DNA of 64,000 bases from Celeribacter sp. (GCF_048261515.1 NZ_JBLXFZ010000002.1:23347-87346); one strand, 5' to 3'. Positions 19,475 to 28,980 are shown, counted from the stretch's first letter. Numbers and translations: made by a program. The notes: generated by a model not told the origin, from the sequence alone.

Positions 19475-19539
19475 TCTTGCGAGCAATAGGTTGATTTTAT
19501 TCAATTGTCAAAGGGCGTGAAGGCGAGTTATCGGGGCGC
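19475..19539 (-). promoter_or_regulatory. CRISPR leader
   Basis: AT-rich TTGACAATTGAATAAAATCAACC...GCAAGA between the cas2 stop and the first repeat. Confidence 0.7.
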
Positions 19540-19833
19540 TCACTTTCGTTTGGCGAGTAAAACTCCATCTGCATCGACAATGTCTTTAGGTGGTTCGCCC
19601 AAATTTTCGATCTGCAGGTGTCCGGTCGCGGAGGTGTCGCGCCAGACAAGTGTGAGGGAGCCTTGACGCAGGTTTTCCCACCAGTCAGAGACGACATTCC
19701 AGACCCGTGTGCGCACCCCTGCTGTCATATCTGGCGCGACGTATACGCCGGGCGAGATTTCTAACATGACGGAGGTCAGGAAGCCGCGGTATCGGGTTTG
19801 GACATTCCGAGTGACGATAATGGTGAGTGCCAT
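19540..19833 (-). CDS. cas2: Type I-E Cas2
   Basis: MALTIIVTRNVQTRYRGFLTSVMLEISPGVYV...DADG; 97 aa; true start at 19833. Confidence 0.92.
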   Translation of the reverse strand: MALTIIVTRNVQTRYRGFLTSVMLEISPGVYVAPDMTAGVRTRVWNVVSDWWENLRQGSLTLVWRDTSATGHLQIENLGEPPKDIVDADGVLLAKRK

Positions 19834-20156
19834 CAATCGCGGCCTTCGATCAAGGTTTTGATCCGTTCGATCATAGCAGAGATAATTTTTTCGTCGGATA
19901 GGGTGCGGGCATGAGCCAAAAGACGCAAAGCGTCGTGACTGACTGTAGAGCCTGGGCCCAAAAGGGTCATGGAGACGGTCTGAAGCGGGATAGCATAGCC
20001 GCCGGGGGAGAGAGCATCTGCGGGGGTGGTTTCTCCCTGCACAAAGGCGAGTGTGCCGTCGCGTGCCGTTAGGGCGCCGCGCGCAGGATAGAGGCATCCC
20101 GCGCGATCGGCGTGAGGGACTTTGACGCTGTCGAGGCCGAGGCGTCCTTTGAGCAT
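19833..20156 (-). pseudogene. cas1: Type I-E Cas1 with a large in-frame internal deletion (107 aa)
   Basis: Cas1 N-terminus (MLKGRLGL...LLGPGSTVSHDALRLLA) joined directly to a Cas1-like C-terminus (EKIISAMIERIKTL); located between cas6 and cas2. Confidence 0.85.
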
Positions 20157-20159
20157 TGT

Positions 20160-20894
20160 TCACTTCCTGCGTTGCGGCGGACGCAGGAGCAACATGCCAT
20201 AGCCATAGGTGCGATGGCGCCCGATGCCGCGTGCCAGAAGCTCGGCAAAGCCCTGTGGGTCTTGCACAGTCAAGGTGCCGAGGATCGTAGCATCTGGTCC
20301 CTCGATCCGTTTTCCGCCGCGCTGGACGACCTGACGCTGGAATTTGTGCAAACGAGTGGTGTCCCGCTCCATTTTAGCCACGGGCGAGAGCCGTTTGGCC
20401 AGCCAGTCGCGATAAACCTCTTCACGCGGACGTGCCTGATCGTTGCGCAGAGTTTCTGCGAGGAAGGCATCTATTTCGGCGCCCTTAGAAAAGGTTGTTT
20501 TGTCCGAGGTCAGCGCAGAGGCCAGCCGGACAACAGGGCGCAGGCGCAGATCGAAGCCGAACCTCGCGCCTGCCTGCCATGTTTCCGCCGGACGTGGGAG
20601 CGAGCGGATCTGTTCGAGGTTCAGAAGTGCGCATTCACTGGGGAGAGCGACGCTTTTGGCCGTCTCCAGAAGAGCCTGCGCCGGTTGTGAGCTATAGGCG
20701 TAAAGAGTGGCCCGCGTTGCGCGCGGTGCGACCATGAGGCGGAAGGGCTGCAATGCGGCGGGGCCGAAGACCTCGCCCAATAGGTGGTGCAGGGCCAGTC
20801 CTTCGTCAAAGGTGCCCTTGCTCAGGTTGCGTTGCGCAGCCCAACCGTGCAGGTCAGGCAGATGGATCGGGAGTTCGACGAGATGGAGGCTCAT
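20160..20894 (-). CDS. cas6e: Type I-E Cas6e (CasE/Cse3)
   Basis: RAMP with C-terminal GIGRHRTYGYGMLLL glycine loop. Confidence 0.93.
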   Translation of the reverse strand: MSLHLVELPIHLPDLHGWAAQRNLSKGTFDEGLALHHLLGEVFGPAALQPFRLMVAPRATRATLYAYSSQPAQALLETAKSVALPSECALLNLEQIRSLPRPAETWQAGARFGFDLRLRPVVRLASALTSDKTTFSKGAEIDAFLAETLRNDQARPREEVYRDWLAKRLSPVAKMERDTTRLHKFQRQVVQRGGKRIEGPDATILGTLTVQDPQGFAELLARGIGRHRTYGYGMLLLRPPQRRK

Positions 20895-21589
20895 GCGATT
20901 TCTCCTTCGCAGATAATCCGTGTGCCACCGTGCAGTCCGGTTTTCCAGTTCCGCAAATCCTGCAGGTCGTATTTGAGCGCACCGTCGTAGGGTCGGCCAT
21001 CATCGGGCCAGATCGCGCGGCCTGTGATTCCCTGTTCCGCGAGGGCCTTGAGGGCTGCATAGGGGCTATCGGCCTCAATCCATCCGGCAACGAGGCGGCG
21101 TGTCGGCAGACAGGGTTTGCGTCCCAGAAACAGCGGGCGTGCCGGACGATCGAGCGCGTCTGCCAGTTGCTCTAGCGAAGGCGACACATCGGAGGTCAGC
21201 CGGATCACCACATGGGTGTCATGGTCGGCCAGATAATCGCGGCGACGACGGTGCGGGCTGTCATAAGTGGCCCCTGCACGTCCTTCGGGCTGGCCCCATG
21301 TGGTCCAGCCTTTGTCTTTTTTTTCCAGTTTGGCGTTCTGCGTATCGGTTACGATCAGCGGGGCGTGTCGCCCTTCGGGCAGGGCCGAAAGTGCGGCAAA
21401 CTCCAGCCGGTTTTGCAGCGCCTGATGGGCGGCGCTGTCCTCGCGCCGCCAGCCGAGGGCATTGGCAAAGAGTCCTGTCAGTGCGGAGGCGGCGGGGTAG
21501 TCCCGCGACGGACCGACATGGTCGATTGTCCCCCCTCCAAAGGCCATGAGCGGCGCGGCGAGGTGAAGATGGAGCCAGCGTTGCGTCAT
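20891..21589 (-). CDS. cas5e: Type I-E Cas5 (CasD)
   Basis: APLMAFGG, PAASALTGLFANALG, RRRDYLAD, LFLGRKPC. Confidence 0.93.
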   Translation of the reverse strand: MTQRWLHLHLAAPLMAFGGGTIDHVGPSRDYPAASALTGLFANALGWRREDSAAHQALQNRLEFAALSALPEGRHAPLIVTDTQNAKLEKKDKGWTTWGQPEGRAGATYDSPHRRRRDYLADHDTHVVIRLTSDVSPSLEQLADALDRPARPLFLGRKPCLPTRRLVAGWIEADSPYAALKALAEQGITGRAIWPDDGRPYDGALKYDLQDLRNWKTGLHGGTRIICEGEIA

Positions 21590-22725
21590 GCAGCCTCCGG
21601 CGCTTTCAGCCGCTTGGGTAGGGATTTGGCGAATTGGGCCAAATTCTCAAGCGACCCGCGTTCCGCATCGGGCACCTCGGTGTTGGCCAGCGACATTACG
21701 CGGCGGGTTTCACCTGTGGCATAGGCGGAATCGAGCGCGGCAAGATGGTCGCACAATGCGGCAACGGCCTGACCTGTTTCGGCCTTGCAGGGAGAGCGGA
21801 AGGCTTCGGCAAGGGAACGCGGTTGCCGGTCTCCGGCCTCAAGCAACATAAAGGATGCGCGCGAATAGGGCGCGGTAGATCCCAGCTTGGCGCCTGGTGA
21901 CACTTCAGCAATCAGGTAGGTCAGGTTGTGCAGCACTTCTCCGGCCAGCGCCACGTCGCCGCCGAGGTTCTCGATCAGGCCGGGCAGGTCTACCACTACA
22001 TAGCCGTAGAACAGCCCCGACGTCAGCTCGGTTTCCTGAATGGTGTCGGCGCCCGTGTCCACTTCGCGGGCCAGATCGTCGGCGGCGATGAAGTAATCGC
22101 TTTCTGCCTCTTCCGCGTGGACGGTGAAGGCATGGGCGACATGCACGGGTGCCTCGATATTGGCGCGAGGATCGGATGTCACCATACGCCCGAAGAGTGC
22201 TCCCGTGAGACCGGCGGGCATTTTGGTGCCTTCACTCATGGCTTTGAGGTTGGCCTTGTGCTCCTTGAGCCATTGTGCTGCGAGATCCTTTGCAGCTTTC
22301 TTGTCGCCGCCTGCCTCCGCCACAAGTTCCTTGGCCGCTTTGGTCAGATAGGCGATTTCAACGGCACCGAGAAGCAAGGTCTGACGCGACTTCTTGTCAG
22401 CGCCTTTGTCGCCATAGACTGCTTTCAAAAGAGCGTCTCCGATTTCCTTGCGCACGTCCTCGTCAATACTGTCAGCCCATTCTCCGAAAACCTTGCGTTC
22501 AACGATTTCGCGCGACCGAAAAGCATCTTCAGCCCCGTCGATCTCGCTCAATGCATGGAGGTCTTCGGCTAGACGCCAGTGCCGCTTGAGACATTGGGAA
22601 CTGACCCGTGTGCGCAGGGCTCCTCCATAGGGTAGTCGCTTGGCAAGGCCTGCATCGTCACGGTTGAGCAATGCGGCTGTATAGGGGGCGAGGAAATGGA
22701 TTTGCAGGAAGCGCGGATCAGACAT
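21586..22725 (-). CDS. cas7e: Type I-E Cas7 (CasC/Cse4)
   Basis: LLNRDDAGLAK, RVSSQCLKRHW, ALFGRMV, HVAHAFTVH, YGYVVVD. Confidence 0.95.
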   Translation of the reverse strand: MSDPRFLQIHFLAPYTAALLNRDDAGLAKRLPYGGALRTRVSSQCLKRHWRLAEDLHALSEIDGAEDAFRSREIVERKVFGEWADSIDEDVRKEIGDALLKAVYGDKGADKKSRQTLLLGAVEIAYLTKAAKELVAEAGGDKKAAKDLAAQWLKEHKANLKAMSEGTKMPAGLTGALFGRMVTSDPRANIEAPVHVAHAFTVHAEEAESDYFIAADDLAREVDTGADTIQETELTSGLFYGYVVVDLPGLIENLGGDVALAGEVLHNLTYLIAEVSPGAKLGSTAPYSRASFMLLEAGDRQPRSLAEAFRSPCKAETGQAVAALCDHLAALDSAYATGETRRVMSLANTEVPDAERGSLENLAQFAKSLPKRLKAPEAA

Positions 22726-23260
22726 TTTGGATTTCCTTTTCAGGGGTGCGCGCGCTCTGGTCGAGGCGCTGGTAGTAGTCGCGGGCGATGCCCTGCCCGT
22801 CTTGTTTCAAATAGGCCCATGCAAGACTGGGCACGTCGATCTGGGGGTGTTTACGTGCAAGCATCCGTATGGCCCGTTCAAGAGCATCATGCCGTGCCGT
22901 GCCCCGTGCGGCGAGCAAACGTGCAAGGCGGGGTTCGGAGAGTACCGGCTTTTCAATATGCGCCCGAGCGTCGCCTCCATCGGCAAGAATAGCTCCGAAC
23001 TGGCGACCATTTTCATGGATGCTTTCGGTTGAGCTGGCAGGGGTCAGGAGCGCCAGTGCCTTTGTGATCGCTCGCCACACGGGTTCTTCGGCAGGAGTCA
23101 TGCCGAACCGCGCTGCCATACGCCAAAAGACCGGCGCCCCCTCGGTGCCCATGCGGCGTGCGGCGGCCTTTTCGCCGCTGGACGCGTGAGCAAGTGCTGT
23201 TGCAATCGCCAAGGCGCGGGCGCCAACTGATGTGGCAGCATTGGTGTCACTTTCAGACAT
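22718..23260 (-). CDS. cas11e: Type I-E small subunit Cas11 (CasB/Cse2)
   Basis: Position between cas8e and cas7; SEPRLARLL and ARDYY motifs; start moved to ATG 23260. Confidence 0.85.
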   Translation of the reverse strand: MSESDTNAATSVGARALAIATALAHASSGEKAAARRMGTEGAPVFWRMAARFGMTPAEEPVWRAITKALALLTPASSTESIHENGRQFGAILADGGDARAHIEKPVLSEPRLARLLAARGTARHDALERAIRMLARKHPQIDVPSLAWAYLKQDGQGIARDYYQRLDQSARTPEKEIQNV

Positions 23261-24755
23261 GTTCCTTCTCCGTGATCCCGAAATTCTCAAATATTTTTCG
23301 AATACTGCTCTCAAAAGCCGCGCGGCCGCGTGTCATGGCGCGTGGCCGCATGATCCCCGCACAGGGAATCGCGGGGGCGGCGCGTGCAAACTCGGCGCGA
23401 GCGGCTGCGGCCAGATGGCGGGTAAAGCGGTTCTGTGCCTCATTGCGGGCATAATCGTCCGAGCATGCCAGTTTCTCCCAAAGAGCGGGGAAAAAGGCTG
23501 CATCGGCAATGCGTGCGACCTGATCGCAGGCGGGTTGGCTACGGGCGTATTCGGCTTTGCCGCGCTTGGCAAAGTCGCCCTCGGCTGCAATCAGGGCTAA
23601 CCCGTCTCGCAATGCACGATCAATATCGTCGATGGTCTTGACTTGTACGGCGGAAAATTCTGCAGCTTGTGGGCCGATCATAGATTTTGTCACGGCTTTT
23701 GGCACTGGAACGACACGGGATTTGAAGCCGTCAGTCTTGGAATTCCCGCGAGCAAAGGCTTCGGCGACCAATGCCATGTCTATAGCCTCTTCATCAGCCG
23801 TCGAAGTGGCCAGTTCCGGCACTTTCCATTCTCCGCCATAGAGCAAGCGCGTAAGAAGTTTATAGCTCCAGTTCTGTTCCCCGAGTGTCAGGGTTTTGTT
23901 CTCGGAGAGGTGAACCGGTGCCCAAGGATCGCCAGTCATGCCTTTGGCTTCCTTGGCCGCGATCCGAGCGGCTTTTGATGTGCCGCGTTTTGCAAAGAGG
24001 CCTTGCGGACTTTCTAGGAGGCGGATGCGGCGACATACCTCAATGAACATTGGATCAAGCGTATGGAGATCGAGCATCTGCTTCTGAGGCCAAGGCAGGC
24101 ACCACAAAAGCGCGGGTCCCGACAGGCCGTTGCGCTTGGCCAGGAGCCGCGTCACGTCACGTCGCCACCATGCGGAGGGATCTATGATCGCTGTGCCTGA
24201 TTGCACTGGTACAAGGCCGATCATTGCCCGCGACGAGGAGCCGCCATTCATCCGGGCAATGCCGTAGTTCCCAGCACCGCCGAACCCCTCCATCGTTTGT
24301 AGGCTCACCAGCGCAAAGAGCCAGTCCTGCGGTGTAGCGTTATGGGCGATCTCACGTTTAAGATCGTGATTGCGCGAGGTGATGAGCATGTCGAGCGCAT
24401 CAGGGGTCGCCACTTCGCTCCACTTCACGCCGCCGGGATTAGGGGGCTGCAAGAAGGCGGGCTTGCTGTCATCCTCTACGACCAGGTGCCACGCTACGTC
24501 ATCCTCGAACTCGGCAGTCAGTTTGCGCAGATTTTCGCGCCATGTCTCTTCATCCTCTGGCAAGGGGACATCCTGTCCGCTGTGCGCCAAAACAGCCAAT
24601 TGCACGAGAAACATGTGCCATGCGGGTCTCTGGTGGGGACGCAGGGCAGGGAAACTCCGGACCTCACCACGTGCCATCGCGGCAAAAATCCCAGGTAAGG
24701 TGAACGCCCCACCGTTGGTATGAATAAGAGGGTCAACCAAGAGGTTATGTGTCAT
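23253..24755 (-). CDS. cas8e: Type I-E large subunit Cas8e (CasA/Cse1)
   Basis: HNLLVDP, LRPHQRPAWHMFLVQL, GFGGAGNYGIARMNGG, EVCRRIRL. Confidence 0.9.
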   Translation of the reverse strand: MTHNLLVDPLIHTNGGAFTLPGIFAAMARGEVRSFPALRPHQRPAWHMFLVQLAVLAHSGQDVPLPEDEETWRENLRKLTAEFEDDVAWHLVVEDDSKPAFLQPPNPGGVKWSEVATPDALDMLITSRNHDLKREIAHNATPQDWLFALVSLQTMEGFGGAGNYGIARMNGGSSSRAMIGLVPVQSGTAIIDPSAWWRRDVTRLLAKRNGLSGPALLWCLPWPQKQMLDLHTLDPMFIEVCRRIRLLESPQGLFAKRGTSKAARIAAKEAKGMTGDPWAPVHLSENKTLTLGEQNWSYKLLTRLLYGGEWKVPELATSTADEEAIDMALVAEAFARGNSKTDGFKSRVVPVPKAVTKSMIGPQAAEFSAVQVKTIDDIDRALRDGLALIAAEGDFAKRGKAEYARSQPACDQVARIADAAFFPALWEKLACSDDYARNEAQNRFTRHLAAAARAEFARAAPAIPCAGIMRPRAMTRGRAAFESSIRKIFENFGITEKEHV

Positions 24756-24757
24756 AG

Positions 24758-27259
24758 TTATGTCTCCTCCAGACGTGCCAACCCCGATGCGTCATAAATG
24801 AAACCTGCGGTCCCGACGCGGAACGTAAGCGGGGAGGTCGTGATGATCTCTGTTGCTTCATCCCCCGTCAGGTCACGCGCCCAATGCGCAGGCAGGGCAA
24901 GCGTTGCGACAGGTGCTCCGAAGGGGCCGATTGTGCCTTCGGGAAAGGTAACAATGGGGCCGCTTTCACCCAGCCGCGTGCGGATGACTTCCTCGTTGGG
25001 GAAGGTGTCTGGAAACTTTTCGCGGCGGTCGAGGATGACATTTTGTGCCCCCATGGTCTCCGCGATAACCTTTCCCGTCACACGGCGACGATAGTCTTCC
25101 AATCCATTTTGAGCGGCAATCTCGTCGAGTCGTTCGGGATGGGTGGCGCGTTCGACCAGTCTGCGGTTCATCTGCGGAATGCGCCACAGCGGCTCGTTCT
25201 CGATTTTGTGCAGTGTCGCGGCCAGACCCGGCACGTCGAGATAGACGCCGGAAAGCGTTGTGTTCTGTCCATATGTGCCCAAGCCATTCTCCGGCTCGCG
25301 GGTTAGTCGGCCAAGGTCGCCCTCGGGGCAGAGGACCACGGCGCTGGCTTGTTCGAACCCGCTGGGGCGAGGCCGGTTGTGGCGGTGTAGGCGGCCGATC
25401 CTTTGCAGCAGCACATCCATCGGGCACAGGTCGGTGATCAGTATATCGGCATCAATGTCGAGCGATTGCTCCAGTGTTTGGGTGCCAATGACGATGACGC
25501 CTTGTGCGGCGCTGTCCTTGCCCAGAACTGCCTCGACGTGGACGTCGAGCCGCGCCCGGTCTTCAGCGGTAAACCGGCTGTGATGTAGGGTTGGCGTGCG
25601 ATTCAGGCAAAACATCAGATCGGGGGCCTCACTTACGCAGGCGGCAAAGGTCTCTCGCGCGCGGTCAACGGTATTTCGGATGACCAACACCCGCGCTCCG
25701 CGGCGGGCAGCCGATATGGCTTTGGCGGCGGCGTCTTCGCCGCTCCAGCCGCTGTATGCGGTAACCGCGACATCCTTTTGTGCCGTGTGGCGGGTCTGGA
25801 CAGGGAAACACTCACCTTTTGTCCAGACTGCGGGGTAGGGTGTCTGTTCTGCCTCCGATAGGCTGGGGAGCGGTGTTTCGCGCCAGGCGGATCGCGCCAC
25901 GGCCCCAAGGGTGGCTGACATCAAGAACGCATGCCCCCCAAGCGCCAGATGGTCACGTAGAACCGCGCGCTGGATTTCTGTCATCCATGCATCCGAGGCG
26001 TGAACTTCGTCAATGACCAGCAAGGAGCGCGACAGTGCCGATCCACGCAAATGCGCATGTTTGACCTGAAGCCCCGCCATCATCGCTTGATCCACTGTGC
26101 CGACAGCAATCTGAGCGGTGAGATAGCGCGTCGCGTGTTCGGCCGCCCATCGTTTTGCTCGGGTGTCGCTGCCCGCATTGTCATCCCATTTTACCTCGAA
26201 AGCGGGCAGGCGAATGCCATGCGCCTCGCCGGAAACGGTTTGCCCCGGTATCGCAAGCACGGCTTCGGGGACTGGAGCGGAAAATATGCGGGCCATCGCC
26301 GCGTTTACACGGCTTTGTAATTGACGGGCTGCGGCACGAGTGGGAACGGCGAAGTAAAGGCTGTCCACGGCGCCGATTTCATACAGTTGAACAAAACGCC
26401 ACAGCGCGGATTCGGTTTTGCCTGCACCTGTTTCAGCCTCAAGGATCACAAGATTGTCGGAAAGTGGGGTTCGAGCCACGACCTCCTGTGCTGGGCGTGG
26501 TGTCGGGTAATCTGACAAGAGTGCCCATGAGGCAGGGCCGGAGAGATGGCGGTCGGATGTGTCCAGACCGATCTCATGGACACGCCGTCGTGCCCGCTTT
26601 CGGGCGGTGTCCCAATAATCTGGGTCGTATGTTGCGACGAATGGAAACGCCTCCCGATCCGATCCGATCCAGTCCGCCAGTGCCAGAAGGCCGCAAAAGA
26701 AATGTGCAAATGTGGGGGACGGTGGTGGTGGGCGGTGGTCGCGGATTTCGGGAAACCATGACGCGAGAGCCTGCCCCATACGGGCCTCTTCAGCTTTCCA
26801 GTCATATTCTTCCAGCGGAGCAAAGGCATCTTGTGCCCAGCTTGGATCCGGACAGGTAACGGGGCGGCCATGATGGGCGAAGAGTATTTTAAACCAGACC
26901 TCTATCCTGTCCCAGCGGACGATATGGAGCGCCTGTCCGCCAAGGGCACTTGCTGCATCGCCCTGCTGCAGCCATTTCCAGCCGCACCGCAAATGATCAC
27001 GCGTCTTGCGGGGATATGGTGAGGGAAGGGCTTTGCTTTGAAAGGACGGGGCTAGCTTTCCGATGTCATGGAGAAACGCGAGTGCGCCCAAACACATGAG
27101 TTGCTCATTCGTCAGACTTTGCCCTGCTGCGCGTTCTGCGCGGGCGCGCAATGTAGGGAGTTCAAGTAGGGCAAGCAGCGTGGCCGCGACATCAGCACTG
27201 TGATGCGCGAGATGGTGAAACTCGCCTGTATCTGTGTCAGTTTTGCCCCAAGAATGCAT
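24758..27259 (-). CDS. cas3: Cas3 HD nuclease-SF2 helicase, apparently intact
   Basis: HHSADV, HDIGK, LADWIGS (HD domain); ETGAGKT, DEVH, SAT, HHSRF, QTLEQSLDID, QRIGRLHRH. Confidence 0.96.
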   Translation of the reverse strand: MHSWGKTDTDTGEFHHLAHHSADVAATLLALLELPTLRARAERAAGQSLTNEQLMCLGALAFLHDIGKLAPSFQSKALPSPYPRKTRDHLRCGWKWLQQGDAASALGGQALHIVRWDRIEVWFKILFAHHGRPVTCPDPSWAQDAFAPLEEYDWKAEEARMGQALASWFPEIRDHRPPPPSPTFAHFFCGLLALADWIGSDREAFPFVATYDPDYWDTARKRARRRVHEIGLDTSDRHLSGPASWALLSDYPTPRPAQEVVARTPLSDNLVILEAETGAGKTESALWRFVQLYEIGAVDSLYFAVPTRAAARQLQSRVNAAMARIFSAPVPEAVLAIPGQTVSGEAHGIRLPAFEVKWDDNAGSDTRAKRWAAEHATRYLTAQIAVGTVDQAMMAGLQVKHAHLRGSALSRSLLVIDEVHASDAWMTEIQRAVLRDHLALGGHAFLMSATLGAVARSAWRETPLPSLSEAEQTPYPAVWTKGECFPVQTRHTAQKDVAVTAYSGWSGEDAAAKAISAARRGARVLVIRNTVDRARETFAACVSEAPDLMFCLNRTPTLHHSRFTAEDRARLDVHVEAVLGKDSAAQGVIVIGTQTLEQSLDIDADILITDLCPMDVLLQRIGRLHRHNRPRPSGFEQASAVVLCPEGDLGRLTREPENGLGTYGQNTTLSGVYLDVPGLAATLHKIENEPLWRIPQMNRRLVERATHPERLDEIAAQNGLEDYRRRVTGKVIAETMGAQNVILDRREKFPDTFPNEEVIRTRLGESGPIVTFPEGTIGPFGAPVATLALPAHWARDLTGDEATEIITTSPLTFRVGTAGFIYDASGLARLEET

Positions 27260-27302
27260 TCAAATAACGATCAACTGTATCATTGTCTGTCTAATGCCGG
27301 GA

Positions 27303-27332
27303 ATTGTGCGAGGACTATATGTGTCGCACAAT
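27303..27332. promoter_or_regulatory. Candidate operator upstream of cas3
   Basis: Perfect 9-bp IR ATTGTGCGA-N12-TCGCACAAT, 44-73 bp upstream of the cas3 start. Confidence 0.4.
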
Positions 27333-27682
27333 GGAGGAATTCTGGCCTTTATGTATGTACCGCTTCTTGGCCGCTTCTTGTAAAAACACGCAATTTTGGG
27401 ATAGTGAATTCCAGTCAAGCGAGGCCCGTTCGGCTTTTGCAGAGAGCATTGAGCTCGGGGGGTGACTTGCGGGATTTCGGAAATTGATCCGACGCGGACA
27501 AAACGCAGCGTGACTGTTATTCCCCTAAACTCCGAGGAGTTGTGGCGAGGCAGGACGTCCTCATTTCAGATCAGTGTGACAACCCTGATCATTCCTCACT
27601 GTTTTTATTCGTGCAAAAGCGCCGTCTGTGCTAAAGTAGACCGCAATCTGTGGTGTAGCTGTGGCATGAGCGGCCCTTCGGA

Positions 27683-27729
27683 TAATCGTTTAATAATAGT
27701 ACGATACCGTCACGATAGTTAAACGATCA
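27683..27729. other. Palindromic site B (14-bp arms, 19-bp spacer)
   Basis: TAATCGTTTAATAA-N19-TAGTTAAACGATCA; arms match site A at 12/14 and 13/14 with identical spacing. Confidence 0.8.
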
Positions 27730-27734
27730 TGATC

Positions 27735-28976
27735 TCAGTGCAGTAGCGGTCGCGCGTTGACGGCTTTCAGCTCCGAGACAATGCGGTCGATGTGGCGCAG
27801 TGTGACTGCGCGAGACCAGTTGCGGATGACGGCCATCCGCAGAGCAAACAAGTCACGTGGATCGAGGTCCGCATGATGCGTTTCGACGTATGCCATCACA
27901 TCATCGATCGTCAGTCTCGGGATCTGGATGACGCGCATCCGTGACAGCAAAACGGGGTCGATAGCGTTGATGTTGTTGGCTGTCAGGATGAATGACACAT
28001 CGCCCAGATCGACGGTCACACCAGTCGCGGGGCAGCGGAAATGCTTTGCCGTAGAGCGTTCGAGAAGTGGCAAAAGCGCATCAGACATCGAGCTGCGCGA
28101 GCCGCTGCTCGACGTGGCGCCCTTGCCGACCTTGTCGATCTCATTGATGATGACCATCGGATTTGGCGATTGGCTGTCGATCACCGCGCGAAAAACGTCA
28201 CCCATCTGGCTCGACGACCAACCCGCCTCGACACCTGCGATCCGCATCGCGGATGTGCCTGCACCCGCATCGATCTCGACGTGGTGGATGCCAGCTTGTT
28301 CCGCGATATTCCGCGCGAGTGTCGATTTGCCTGTGCCATGCGCACCGACGAGGAGGGTAGGGGTCAATCCGAAGAAGCGGTCCTCCACCATTCGGGCTTT
28401 TAAGGAGGACCAGATCACGTTCAACGGGCGCTGCAACCAAGGCGCTTCGGCGAAGATCTTGGCGACCAGCTCGTCGATCTCGTGCTCAGAGCGCGGTCCT
28501 GCGTAGGCGAGTGGCCCCGTGGCGGATTGGAGCCGTTTGAGTGTCTCCTTATCCGTTTTAGAGGAGATTTGGCGTGTTAGGGGATAGCGCCGCGCATATT
28601 TTGTTGCGCGGGCTTCAATGTGCTTTTTCTGTTCGCTCTTCTGGTTGATCACGGTTTCAACAATCAGACAGGCTTGGAAATATGAGAAGTCGTGTGCATC
28701 GGCACGGCAGGCGTCCGGATCGAACGAGGTCAAAAGCTCCGCAATCTGTTTGCGGAAGGCTTTGAAGTTGAAATCGAAGTTCTGGAACACGCTGGCTTCG
28801 TGGCTGAGCTCGTCAATGCCGATGTCGAAGGCTTCGTCAAACGGAATACCGAGTTCGTCCGCCTTGGATTTGAGACGCGTATAGGCGCGTTTGCGTGAAG
28901 CGCGCAGCAACTTCTTCCAGATGCGCGTTTTGGCTTCGCTTCGTGTCTCGCGGATGGTGTAGGTCGTTTTCTTCAT
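27735..28976 (-). CDS. AAA+ ATPase with a Lon-like ATPase module and no protease domain
   Basis: Walker A GAHGTGKS, Walker B-like IINEIDK, LLPLLE, FILTAN, LLSRMRVI; start placed at MKKTT. Confidence 0.8.
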   Translation of the reverse strand: MKKTTYTIRETRSEAKTRIWKKLLRASRKRAYTRLKSKADELGIPFDEAFDIGIDELSHEASVFQNFDFNFKAFRKQIAELLTSFDPDACRADAHDFSYFQACLIVETVINQKSEQKKHIEARATKYARRYPLTRQISSKTDKETLKRLQSATGPLAYAGPRSEHEIDELVAKIFAEAPWLQRPLNVIWSSLKARMVEDRFFGLTPTLLVGAHGTGKSTLARNIAEQAGIHHVEIDAGAGTSAMRIAGVEAGWSSSQMGDVFRAVIDSQSPNPMVIINEIDKVGKGATSSSGSRSSMSDALLPLLERSTAKHFRCPATGVTVDLGDVSFILTANNINAIDPVLLSRMRVIQIPRLTIDDVMAYVETHHADLDPRDLFALRMAVIRNWSRAVTLRHIDRIVSELKAVNARPLLH

Positions 28977-28980
28977 AGCG

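Noticed and set aside
19540-20163. 207-aa extended Cas2 in the ORF track
   Set aside because: The N-terminal 110 aa are an alternate frame over cas1; the true cas2 starts at 19833 and is not a fusion
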